A stretch of DNA of 61,985 bases from Acidimicrobiia bacterium (GTDB taxonomy: Bacteria; Actinomycetota; Acidimicrobiia; IMCC26256; PALSA-555). Position 1 is the stretch's first letter, and each line of letters starts with the position of its first letter. Shown here piece after piece: positions 46,479 through 54,330 of the stretch. Position numbers and translations under genes: made by a program. The DNA lies in contig JBBQFJ010000002.1 in the NCBI GenBank assembly GCA_038321755.1, forward strand, positions 1 through 61,985, written 5' to 3'. The notes beneath the pieces were generated by a model that searched no databases, was not told the origin of the DNA, and saw nothing but the letters and a program-made list of their open reading frames with translations.

Positions 46479-47672
46479 TCAGTCCGGCGTCACCTGACCG
46501 GTCGGGCTCGGCACGGACGGCGTCGAGCGAGTCAGTCGACGGCGTGGTGGGCGATCGGGGCGAAGACGCAGGGCGCCGGCCACTGCGAGACCGAGGCCGA
46601 GGCCGAGCGCCAAGGTGACCGTCAGCCGGGCCACGGCCGGCGACAGGGTGGTCGGCAGCTGTGACTTGGTGAGCACGGTGATGTCGGCGAGCCCGCCCGC
46701 GAGCACGACGAACAGCCCCGCGATGAGGACGAGGGGTGCAGCCGCGCTCAGCCCGCGCCGGACCAACCAGATGAGCGCGAGTACGGCGACGACGATCCCC
46801 CCGAGCGCGTAGACGCTGGCGGCGAGCTTCGTCCCACCGCTCACCGTCGTCGCACCCCACCCGCCGACCACGTGCAGCGTCTCGCTCAGTGCGACCACCA
46901 CCAGGGTGGTGCCGATGGCGATCGACGCGAAGCGGCTGCGGCTCAGGGCGACGATCGTCAGCGCGAGCACGACGGCTGCGGCGATCCACGGCCAGGGCGA
47001 CGGTCCGGGCACCCACCGGACGTCGCCCCGCACCGAGATCGTCCCGGCGCTCCGACGGAGCTGGACCTCGAAGCGCTGGACCAGGTGGGGTGACGCCGGG
47101 TCGGTCTGGACCACCGGCGCTTCGCCGCTCCCCATCCAGTGCGCACGGTGGTCGTGCCATCGGGCGGTCGTGCCGTCGGACAGCTTGTGCCACTCCGGGG
47201 TCGCCTCGGGATCGGCGATCTTCGGGACCGGCGCGGAGGCCGTTCCGTTCCTGGTGCGGTTGAGGTACACGGCCGGGGAGCGGCGGTTCTCGAAGACGCC
47301 GCGCGGACCGACCCGCAGGTACGGCTCGTCGTCGTAGCCCACGACGGTCACATCGGCGTCGCTGGTGTTGCGCAGCTCCAGCCGGTTGCCGAGGTCGACC
47401 GCGCTCACGTGGATCCCCCGCACGGCCGGGCGAACCGAGAGCACGCGCGTCTCGTAGTTGCTGGGGCGGACGCCACCGATCCCGTGCGCGTCGGCTCGAT
47501 CGGGTGAGACGACGACGGCCGCAATCCCGAGCAGCACCGCCACCGCGCCGATGCGGCCGACGGTCCTCAGGAAGCCGCCCGTCCTCGAGCCGCCGGTCAG
47601 GGAGCCGCCGGTCAGCGAGCCGCCGGTCAGGGAGCCGCCGGTCAGGGAGCCGCCGGTCAGTGAGAAGGTCAT
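46479..47672 (-). CDS. uncharacterised polytopic membrane protein with His-rich extracytoplasmic domain
   Basis: ATGA overlap with the ECF sigma stop. (GGSLT)n N-terminus, signal-like segment ...SPDRADA/HGIGG, WHDHRAHW motif, then about 5 hydrophobic segments. No family recognised. Confidence 0.65.
   Translation of the reverse strand: MTFSLTGGSLTGGSLTGGSLTGGSLTGGSRTGGFLRTVGRIGAVAVLLGIAAVVVSPDRADAHGIGGVRPSNYETRVLSVRPAVRGIHVSAVDLGNRLELRNTSDADVTVVGYDDEPYLRVGPRGVFENRRSPAVYLNRTRNGTASAPVPKIADPEATPEWHKLSDGTTARWHDHRAHWMGSGEAPVVQTDPASPHLVQRFEVQLRRSAGTISVRGDVRWVPGPSPWPWIAAAVVLALTIVALSRSRFASIAIGTTLVVVALSETLHVVGGWGATTVSGGTKLAASVYALGGIVVAVLALIWLVRRGLSAAAPLVLIAGLFVVLAGGLADITVLTKSQLPTTLSPAVARLTVTLALGLGLGLAVAGALRLRPDRPPRRRLTRSTPSVPSPTGQVTPD
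47574..47663. repeat. 15-bp in-frame tandem repeat x6 (5 good + 1 degenerate)
   Basis: GCCGCCGGTCAG(G/C/T)GA units on the plus strand. They encode GGSLT repeats at the N-terminus of the 46479-47672 ORF. Confidence 0.95.
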
Positions 47673-48202
47673 CCCGCTTCTTCGGCCGCACGCAGCGCGT
47701 CGATCAGGTCGCCGCGTGCACGCGCCACGCGGGAACGGATCGTGCCGACGGGAACACCACACACGGACGCGGCCTCTTCGTAGGAGGCGCCGACGAGCTG
47801 CGTGAGCACGAACGCCTCCCGGCGCTCGGGCCTGAGCCCAGCGACGAGTGCGTCGAGCGCGTGCGCTGCAGATTCGTCAGGCGTCGTGGCGCCATCAGTG
47901 CCGGCCTCGAGTCGCATCCGCCCGTCGAGGCGTCGTCGCCGGCCGCGAGCGCGCAGCGAGTCGGCGCACGCGCGCCGTGCGATCGTGAGCAACCAGGTGC
48001 GCGCACTTGCGTCGGCTCGGTAGGCCGCGAGCGCCCGCCACGCGCGGACGTACACGTCCTGCGTGACATCGTCCGCTTCCGACGGATCGGTGAGGTGCGC
48101 GACGAGACGCCACACTTCGCCCTGGCTCTGGCGCACGAAGGCACCGAGGGCGAGGCGGTCGCCGTCGCGGGCCGCTACGGCCAGCCGCGTGAGCTCATCC
48201 AC
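47669..48202 (-). CDS. ECF-type RNA polymerase sigma factor
   Basis: Region 2 (DVTQDVYVRAWRAL) and region 4 (SYEEAASVCGVPVGTIRSRVARAR). GTG start 48202. Confidence 0.85.
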   Translation of the reverse strand: MDELTRLAVAARDGDRLALGAFVRQSQGEVWRLVAHLTDPSEADDVTQDVYVRAWRALAAYRADASARTWLLTIARRACADSLRARGRRRRLDGRMRLEAGTDGATTPDESAAHALDALVAGLRPERREAFVLTQLVGASYEEAASVCGVPVGTIRSRVARARGDLIDALRAAEEAG

Positions 48203-48256
48203 CGTCGACCGACGATACTGGGGAACCTCGGGCCGCCAGGAGTCGACTACCTGACC

Positions 48257-48880
48257 ATGGACTGTGAACGAACCAGGATCGAGATATCGGCGCGGCTCGA
48301 CGGCGAGGCGCCGAGCGCGCCGTCGGAGGCCGTCGCCACCCACCTCAGCATGTGCGCCCCGTGCCGTGCGTACGAGCTGGAGGCGACCGCGCTGCACCGC
48401 CAGGTGCGAGTCGCACGGGCGCCCGAGGTGCCGGACCTCACCGCCCGCATCCTCAGTGCCATCGGCGCGACGGAGCCGACGCCCGCGCCCAGCCATCTCG
48501 ATGCGTGGCGCCTCGGGCTCGCGTTCATCGGTGTCGTCCAGATCGGCCTCGGCGTGCCCGCGCTCCTCTTCGGCGCCGACGCCGGCCTGCCGGTGCACAC
48601 CGCTCGCCATCTCGGGTCCTTCGCCATCGCGCTCGCGGTCGGCTTCCTCTTCGCGGCGTGGCGGCCGAGCCGGGTGGCCGGGCTCTTCCCCGTCGCGGCG
48701 GCGTTGGTGGCCTGCCTCGTCTTCACCTCGATCGTCGACATCGCGAGCGGACGAGCCGCGCCGGGAGGGGAGCTCGGCCATGTGACCGAGCTCTTGGGTC
48801 TCGCGCTGCTCTGGCTCGTCCGGCGCTCGGCGCCCGACGAGGCTTCCGACGTGCGCGCGGTCGCACTGGGGCCGGCGTGA
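48257..48880 (+). CDS. zf-HC2 anti-sigma factor, polytopic membrane type
   Basis: N-terminal HLSMCAPC (H-x3-C-x2-C) followed by about 4 TM segments. Divergent from the sigma gene. Confidence 0.7.
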   Translation: MDCERTRIEISARLDGEAPSAPSEAVATHLSMCAPCRAYELEATALHRQVRVARAPEVPDLTARILSAIGATEPTPAPSHLDAWRLGLAFIGVVQIGLGVPALLFGADAGLPVHTARHLGSFAIALAVGFLFAAWRPSRVAGLFPVAAALVACLVFTSIVDIASGRAAPGGELGHVTELLGLALLWLVRRSAPDEASDVRAVALGPA

Positions 48881-50715
48881 TGCTCCGTCGTGCATTCGCG
48901 GTGCTCGCGCTCGCGGGGGGCATGGTGCTCCTCGTCGCGTCGCCCGCGTTCGCGCACGCCGAGCTCCTCGAGTCGAACCCGGCTCCCGGCGCGGTGCTGG
49001 TCAGTTCGCCGGCGAACATCACCTTGAACTTCACCGAGTCGGTCCGCGCCGACAACGGCGGGATCCGCGTCTTCGACACGGACGGTGAGCGGGTCGACAA
49101 GGGCGGCACGAAGACGTCGGGCGCCACCGTTCGCCTTCCCGTCCCGAAGCTCGACGACGGTTCCTACATCGTCACGTGGCGGGTGATCTCATCGGACTCC
49201 CACCCGATCCAGGGCGCGTTCACCTTCCAGGTCGGCGCCGGCGGTGGACCGGCCGCGACGAGTCGTGAGGTCACCGGCCTCGCGACGAAGCTCCTCGGCC
49301 AGCAGGGCGGCGACGCGGTCGTCGGTGCCGTGTACGGCGTCGTGCGTGGGCTCGTGTTCGCGGCCCTCGCGATCCTCATCGGGGGCGCGTTCTTCGTCGC
49401 GCTCGTCTCGCCCCGCGCGCGCACGTCGAAGCTGGCGCGACGCATCATCGGGTTCGGGTGGCTGTTGACCTTCGCGGCGACGATCGCCGGGTTGTTGCTC
49501 TACGGCCCGTACGTCTCGGGCCTCGGGCTCGGCGACTCCTTCTCGTCGAGCCTGCTCGACCAGACGGTCGGCGAGCGCTTCGGGCAGATGTGGCTCGCGC
49601 GCATCGTCATCCTGTTGTTGATCGCACCGCTCCTCCGGTTGCTCTTCCGCGCTCCCCGAGATGACGCTGCTGCGGTGGGTGCAGCGGCTGAGGGCGAGCC
49701 CTCTCCCCTTCCGACGTGGTGGTACGGCGTCGGCGGTCTGGCCGCCGTCGCGCTCGCGTCGACCCCCGGTCTGTCCGGCCACGCGATCTCCGGCGACTGG
49801 GTCACGGCTGCGGTCGTCGCGGACACGCTGCACGTGTTGGCGATGGCGGTCTGGCTCGGCGGCCTGGTCATCCTCGCGGCCGTGACGCTCCGGAGTCGCG
49901 CGATGGAGCAGATCCGAGCCGCCGTCCCGCGCTTCTCGCGTGTCGCGCTCACGTGCGTGATCGTCCTGGTCGGTACCGGCGCGTTCCAGACCTACCGACA
50001 GGTCGGCAGCCTCGACGCGCTCCGGAGCACCGACTACGGGCGCATCCTGGCGGTCAAGCTCGTGCTCTTCGCGGCAGTGATCGTCTTCGCCGCGTTCAGC
50101 CGTGAGGTCGTGTTCCGCCTCTTCGGCGAGTACGAGACTGCGCCGCCGCAGGTCCCGGCTGTGGCCGGCGGGTCGGACGACGACCAGGTCCCCGCGACTG
50201 CCGGCGACGAATCGTCCGACGGCGGCGCGCTCGATGACGAGTACTACGAGATCGACGAAGAGGTCGAGCTCCGCCACCTCCGTCGCTCGGTGTGGGCGGA
50301 GGCGATCCTCATGGTCGGCGTGCTCGTCGTCACCGCGCTGCTCGTGAACGCGGCTCCGGCGAAGACCGCGTTGGCCGATACGGCCGACGGCGGTGCGGTC
50401 GGCGTCACGATGAAGTCGAAGAAGGTCTGGGTCGACTTCACCGCGACCCCGGGCACGAAGGGCACCAACGAGATCCACGTCAACACGCTGAACCCCGCGG
50501 GTGCCCCGCTCGACGTCCAGGACCTCACCGTCACGATCGCGCTCCCCGAGAGCAAGATCGCTCCGATCACCATGCCGCTCCGGCGACTCAGCCCGGGCCA
50601 CTACTACGCGCCGGCGTTCGACGTCCCGCTCGAGGGTGACTGGCGCGTCACCGCGAACCCATTGGTCTCGGAGTTCGAGCAACCCACCTTGCGCGGCACG
50701 GTGACCTTCGGCTGA
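48880..50715 (+). CDS. CopC-CopD fusion protein with YtkA/FixH-like C-terminal domain
   Basis: Signal ...SPAFA/HAELLESNPAPGA (CopC N-terminal His). SDSHPIQG. Multi-TM CopD body. C-terminal beta-sandwich-like domain. Start overlaps the anti-sigma stop (GTGATG). Confidence 0.85.
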   Translation: MLRRAFAVLALAGGMVLLVASPAFAHAELLESNPAPGAVLVSSPANITLNFTESVRADNGGIRVFDTDGERVDKGGTKTSGATVRLPVPKLDDGSYIVTWRVISSDSHPIQGAFTFQVGAGGGPAATSREVTGLATKLLGQQGGDAVVGAVYGVVRGLVFAALAILIGGAFFVALVSPRARTSKLARRIIGFGWLLTFAATIAGLLLYGPYVSGLGLGDSFSSSLLDQTVGERFGQMWLARIVILLLIAPLLRLLFRAPRDDAAAVGAAAEGEPSPLPTWWYGVGGLAAVALASTPGLSGHAISGDWVTAAVVADTLHVLAMAVWLGGLVILAAVTLRSRAMEQIRAAVPRFSRVALTCVIVLVGTGAFQTYRQVGSLDALRSTDYGRILAVKLVLFAAVIVFAAFSREVVFRLFGEYETAPPQVPAVAGGSDDDQVPATAGDESSDGGALDDEYYEIDEEVELRHLRRSVWAEAILMVGVLVVTALLVNAAPAKTALADTADGGAVGVTMKSKKVWVDFTATPGTKGTNEIHVNTLNPAGAPLDVQDLTVTIALPESKIAPITMPLRRLSPGHYYAPAFDVPLEGDWRVTANPLVSEFEQPTLRGTVTFG

Positions 50716-50717
50716 GG

Positions 50718-51287
50718 ATGAGCACCGACACCGCCAACACGCTGTTCACCGCACTTACGTTCGTCGCGAACGTTGCCTTCCTCGCGCTCGCCCTCGTCGG
50801 GATCGCCGCACTCGTCTCGTCCGCAGGTCGGCGCCTCGCGGGGCGCGTGGTCGTGAGGCTGGGTCCGTACGCTCGGGGCGCGGCGGCGGCGGTCGCCGTC
50901 GTCACGATGCTCGGGAGCCTCTACTACTCGGAGATCGCCGGGTTCCTCCCGTGCGAGCTGTGCTGGTACCAGCGCATACTCATGTACCCGCTCTCGGCGA
51001 TCCTCGTCATCGGGGCGTTGCGTCGTGATCGCGGCGTGGTCTGGTACGCAGCGCCGTTCGTGGCTGTCGGCGCACCGCTGGCGCTCTACCACTGGCTCGT
51101 CGAACGTGTGCCGTCGTTCGCGGAGAGCACGTCGTGCTCGGTGCTCGTGCCGTGCGCGATTCCATACTTCGAGGAACTCGGGTACCTCACTCTGGCGTTC
51201 ATGGACATGAGTGCCTTTTTGCTGATCGGCGCCCTGCTCGTCATCGACTGGCGAGCGCATCGGGGAGCCAAGGAGACCACGACATGA
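50718..51287 (+). CDS. DsbB/BdbC-like disulfide bond formation protein
   Basis: PCELCWYQRILMYP motif, 4 TM segments and a second Cys pair (STSCSVLVPC). Confidence 0.75.
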   Translation: MSTDTANTLFTALTFVANVAFLALALVGIAALVSSAGRRLAGRVVVRLGPYARGAAAAVAVVTMLGSLYYSEIAGFLPCELCWYQRILMYPLSAILVIGALRRDRGVVWYAAPFVAVGAPLALYHWLVERVPSFAESTSCSVLVPCAIPYFEELGYLTLAFMDMSAFLLIGALLVIDWRAHRGAKETTT

Positions 51288-51916
51288 CTCGACGAATCAC
51301 TCGATTGGCGACGTTGGGTCTGGTGATCGCCGCGATGGTGGCCATCGCCGCGGTTCCCGCATCGGCCAAGAGCACGAAGACCGAGGTGAGCAAGAAGGTC
51401 GTGGTCAGCGGTGCCGCGCTCGCGACCTCGGACGCGGTGGGCACCTCCAAGGACCCGGCGATCGGCAAGACCGGGCCCACGCTCAGCGGGCAAGGTTTCG
51501 ACGGCATGAAGGTCAGGATCGGCGGGACGTCCGAGCACGGCCGTGTACTCATCTTCGTCGCGCACTGGTGCCCGCACTGCCAGGCCGAGGTCCCCAAGAT
51601 CGTGAAGCTCGCGAAGCAAGGCAAGCTCGCAGGGATCGACCTCCAGACGATCGCGACCGACACGAACAAGGAGCTCCCGAACTACCCGCCCTCGAAGTGG
51701 CTCTCCCGGGAGAAGTGGCCCTTCACGCCAGTGCTCGCCGACGACGCGAAGGACTCGGCCCTGCAGGCATACGGCGGGACGAGCTTTCCGTTCTTCGTGC
51801 TCCTGGACGCGAACAACAAGGTCGTCGTCCGGACCAGCGGTGAGATCCCGCCGGCCGCACTCGCACAAGCGGTGAAGAACCTCGCGGCAGGGAAGCCGGT
51901 CTTCGGCTCGAACTAG
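51284..51916 (+). CDS. TlpA/ResA-like membrane-anchored thioredoxin
   Basis: FVAHWCPHCQAE motif and an N-terminal anchor. ATGA overlap with the DsbB-like gene. Confidence 0.8.
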   Translation: MTRRITRLATLGLVIAAMVAIAAVPASAKSTKTEVSKKVVVSGAALATSDAVGTSKDPAIGKTGPTLSGQGFDGMKVRIGGTSEHGRVLIFVAHWCPHCQAEVPKIVKLAKQGKLAGIDLQTIATDTNKELPNYPPSKWLSREKWPFTPVLADDAKDSALQAYGGTSFPFFVLLDANNKVVVRTSGEIPPAALAQAVKNLAAGKPVFGSN

Positions 51917-52371
51917 GAGCAGTCGCGGCAGCGACCGACGAGGTCGATGCGATGGTGCTCGGTCGTGAAGCCCGTCGCGCGGTCGATCTCGGACACGGCG
52001 GCGTGCAGCGACGCCTCCAACCCGGCTGACGCCGGCACATCCTCGACGGCTCCGCAGGACGAGCACACGAGGTGGTGGTGGTGGTCGCCGGTGAGGTCCT
52101 CGGCGAGCTCGAACCTTGCGTGCTCGTCGTTCGTGACGAGGCGATGCACGACTCCAGCCTGCTCGAGGACGACGAGGTTGCGGTAGACGCTGCTCTGGGC
52201 GAGCCCGCCGCGCTCGTCGAGGATCTCGGGGATCGTGAGCGGACGTGTCGCATCGCGCAGCACGTCGACGAGCGCAGAACGGTTTCCGGTCATGCGTTGG
52301 TTGACCCGCCGGAGCCGGACCGCGACCTGCTGTTCCAGCGGCTCGGGACCCTCGGGTACCCGGGCGCGCAC
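51913..52371 (-). CDS. Fur-family metalloregulator (Zur-like)
   Basis: Winged helix (RSALVDVLRD...PLTIPEIL), HHHHLVCSSCG and CRDC motifs. Start is GTG 52371 or ATG 52293. Its stop shares CTAG with the tlpA-like stop. Confidence 0.8.
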   Translation of the reverse strand: MRARVPEGPEPLEQQVAVRLRRVNQRMTGNRSALVDVLRDATRPLTIPEILDERGGLAQSSVYRNLVVLEQAGVVHRLVTNDEHARFELAEDLTGDHHHHLVCSSCGAVEDVPASAGLEASLHAAVSEIDRATGFTTEHHRIDLVGRCRDCS

Positions 52372-52407
52372 GTCGGTCCCCACGGGTCGAGTGTACCGTC
52401 GAGGCCG

Positions 52408-53175
52408 GTGGACCCGACCGAGCGCTTCGCCGAGCTGGTGCGCGCATCTGATCGCGACGTTCCGCTCGCGGAAGCTGCGATGCTGATCGCAGCGCATGAT
52501 CATCCGGTCGACGTCGACGCGCAGCTCACGATTCTCGACGAGCTCGCGCGCGATGCACCACCCACGTGCGAGCAGCTCGCGCGCCACCTGTTCGTCGAGC
52601 TCGGGTTCGCCGGGAACGAGACCGACTACCGCGACCCTCGTAACTCGTACCTCGACGAGGTCCTCCGCCGCCGTCTGGGGATCCCCATCACGTTGAGCGT
52701 CCTCATGATGGAGATCGGGCGCCGGCGCGGCCTCACGCTGGTCGGGGTCGGGATGCCCGGGCACTTCCTCGTCGGCGGTGACGACGACGCCTTCTACGAC
52801 CCGTTCCATGGTGGGCTGCGGCTCGACGAGCAGGGGTGCCGTTTGCTCTTCGAGGCGACGCAGGGCACGGCACCGTTCCTGGCGCAGTACCTGCAGCCCG
52901 TCGGTCCGCGAGCGATCCTCGCCCGGATGCTCGCGAACCTGGTCCAGGGATCCGCCGGGAGTCAGCCCGCGACGGCTGTGTGGGCGGTCCGCCTTCGCCT
53001 CCTGCTCCCGGGCCTCTCGTTCGCCGAGCGACGTGACGGCGCCGCGCTCCTCGGCCGACTCGGGCGCTTCCACGAAGCGGCGAACGCACTCGATGGTCTC
53101 GCCGCCGAACTCGAGGGCGACGCCGCCGCGCGGCTCACGCGCGACGCCGCCCGACTGCGCGCTCGCGCGAACTGA
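52408..53175 (+). CDS. transglutaminase-like/TPR protein (SirB1/YchA-like)
   Basis: NSYLDEVLRRRLGIPITLSVLMMEIGRRRGL...GMPGHFLV is typical of the SirB1 N-terminal transglutaminase-like family. Confidence 0.65.
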   Translation: MDPTERFAELVRASDRDVPLAEAAMLIAAHDHPVDVDAQLTILDELARDAPPTCEQLARHLFVELGFAGNETDYRDPRNSYLDEVLRRRLGIPITLSVLMMEIGRRRGLTLVGVGMPGHFLVGGDDDAFYDPFHGGLRLDEQGCRLLFEATQGTAPFLAQYLQPVGPRAILARMLANLVQGSAGSQPATAVWAVRLRLLLPGLSFAERRDGAALLGRLGRFHEAANALDGLAAELEGDAAARLTRDAARLRARAN

Positions 53176-53189
53176 GACCGCGTGCAGGG

Positions 53190-53840
53190 GTGCACGACAC
53201 CGCCGGTAGCGTCGTGGTCGTGGAACCGTCCGCGACTCCGATGTTCCCGCTCGGCAACGTGCTGTTCCCGCACGGGCTGCTGCCGCTGCACGTGTTCGAA
53301 GACCGATACCGCGCGCTGGTCGAGCAGTGCCTCGCCGCGGATTCGCCGTTCGGCGTGGTGCTCATCGAGCGCGGCAGCGAGGTCGGCGGCGGCGACGTGC
53401 GCTTCCCCGTTGGGACGTTGGCCCGGATCGTGCAGGCCGGTCGCTTCGACGACGGACGCTTCGCGCTCATCGCCGCCGGTGTGCAGCGGTTTCGAGTTCG
53501 GGAGTGGTTGCCCGACGACCCGTTCCCGCGAGCGCACGTCGACGTGCTCGACGATCACGCCGCGCCCGACGGCGCGGTGCTGATCCCCGAGACCACGATG
53601 CTGCTGCGCCGGGTGCTCGCGCTGCACGCGCAGCTCGGTGCTCCCGTGCCGAGCGAGGACGTGGACCTCGACCCCGACCCGGTGCTGGCGTCGTACCAGG
53701 GGTCGGCCCTCGCACCGATCGGCCCACTCGATGCGCAAGGACTGCTCGAGCTCGACGATGCCGGTGCCCGCCTCGCTCGCCTGATCGAGCTGCTCGCCGA
53801 CGAGGCCTCGGTGCTCCAATTCAGGCTCGCCGCAGAGTGA
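53190..53840 (+). CDS. LON substrate-binding (N-terminal) domain protein
   Basis: MFPLGNVLFPHGLLPLHVFEDRYRALV. No ATPase or protease domains are present. Confidence 0.8.
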   Translation: MHDTAGSVVVVEPSATPMFPLGNVLFPHGLLPLHVFEDRYRALVEQCLAADSPFGVVLIERGSEVGGGDVRFPVGTLARIVQAGRFDDGRFALIAAGVQRFRVREWLPDDPFPRAHVDVLDDHAAPDGAVLIPETTMLLRRVLALHAQLGAPVPSEDVDLDPDPVLASYQGSALAPIGPLDAQGLLELDDAGARLARLIELLADEASVLQFRLAAE

Positions 53841-53868
53841 TCGCGGCAGGGCGCATACGCTGAGGGTC

Positions 53869-54051
53869 ATGGAGTCCGACGTCCCGAGCGAACCGAATGA
53901 ACCGAACGAGGCGTCCGTGACCGAGGCGCGGCCCGCGTCGCCCAGCGGCCGCGATCCCGACCTGTTGGCGCTCGAGGGGTTCGAGGCGAAGTTCGCCGAG
54001 CTCGAGACCGAGCTCGAGCGGGTGGAGCGCACCGCCGACCACACCTCCTGA
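53869..54051 (+). CDS. small acidic hypothetical protein (60 aa)
   Basis: High GC3 bias. Predicted helical, acidic C-terminus (FEAKFAELETELERVER). Tightly packed before moaD. Confidence 0.45.
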   Translation: MESDVPSEPNEPNEASVTEARPASPSGRDPDLLALEGFEAKFAELETELERVERTADHTS

Positions 54052-54055
54052 CGCG

Positions 54056-54298
54056 ATGGTGCGGCTGCGGCTCTTCGCGTCAGCGCGCGAGGCCGCGGGT
54101 CGTGCCGAGGATGCCTTCGACGCCGAGACGCTCGGCGACGCGCTCGAGCAGGCCCGCCTCGCGTACGGGGAACCGTTCGTGTCCGTCCTCGGGACGGCTC
54201 GGGTCTGGGTGAACGGTGACGAGCCGGCCGACGGCGTCGCCACGATCCTGCGTGATGACGACGAGATCGCCGTGCTCCCGCCCGTCAGCGGGGGCTAG
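54056..54298 (+). CDS. moaD: MoaD/ThiS-family beta-grasp sulfur-carrier protein
   Basis: 80 aa. MVRLRLFASAREAAG... ends ...AVLPPVSGG, with the C-terminal Gly-Gly. Confidence 0.8.
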   Translation: MVRLRLFASAREAAGRAEDAFDAETLGDALEQARLAYGEPFVSVLGTARVWVNGDEPADGVATILRDDDEIAVLPPVSGG

Positions 54299-54330
54299 GC
54301 AGGTAGTCGTCCCCGCTCCGCGCCCCGACT

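Noticed and set aside
48203-48256. Confident ECF promoter call in the sigma/anti-sigma spacer.
   Set aside because: GGGAAC and GTCGAC are present, but the 15-nt spacing is off the canonical 16-18 nt and the minus-strand mirror spacing is only about 12 nt. Reported as a hypothesis inside a finding, not as a feature.
51913-51916. Shared CTAG giving overlapping convergent stop codons of the tlpA-like and Fur-like genes.
   Set aside because: It is real in the sequence, but it is a trivial consequence of the palindromic TAG/CTA. No functional inference is warranted.
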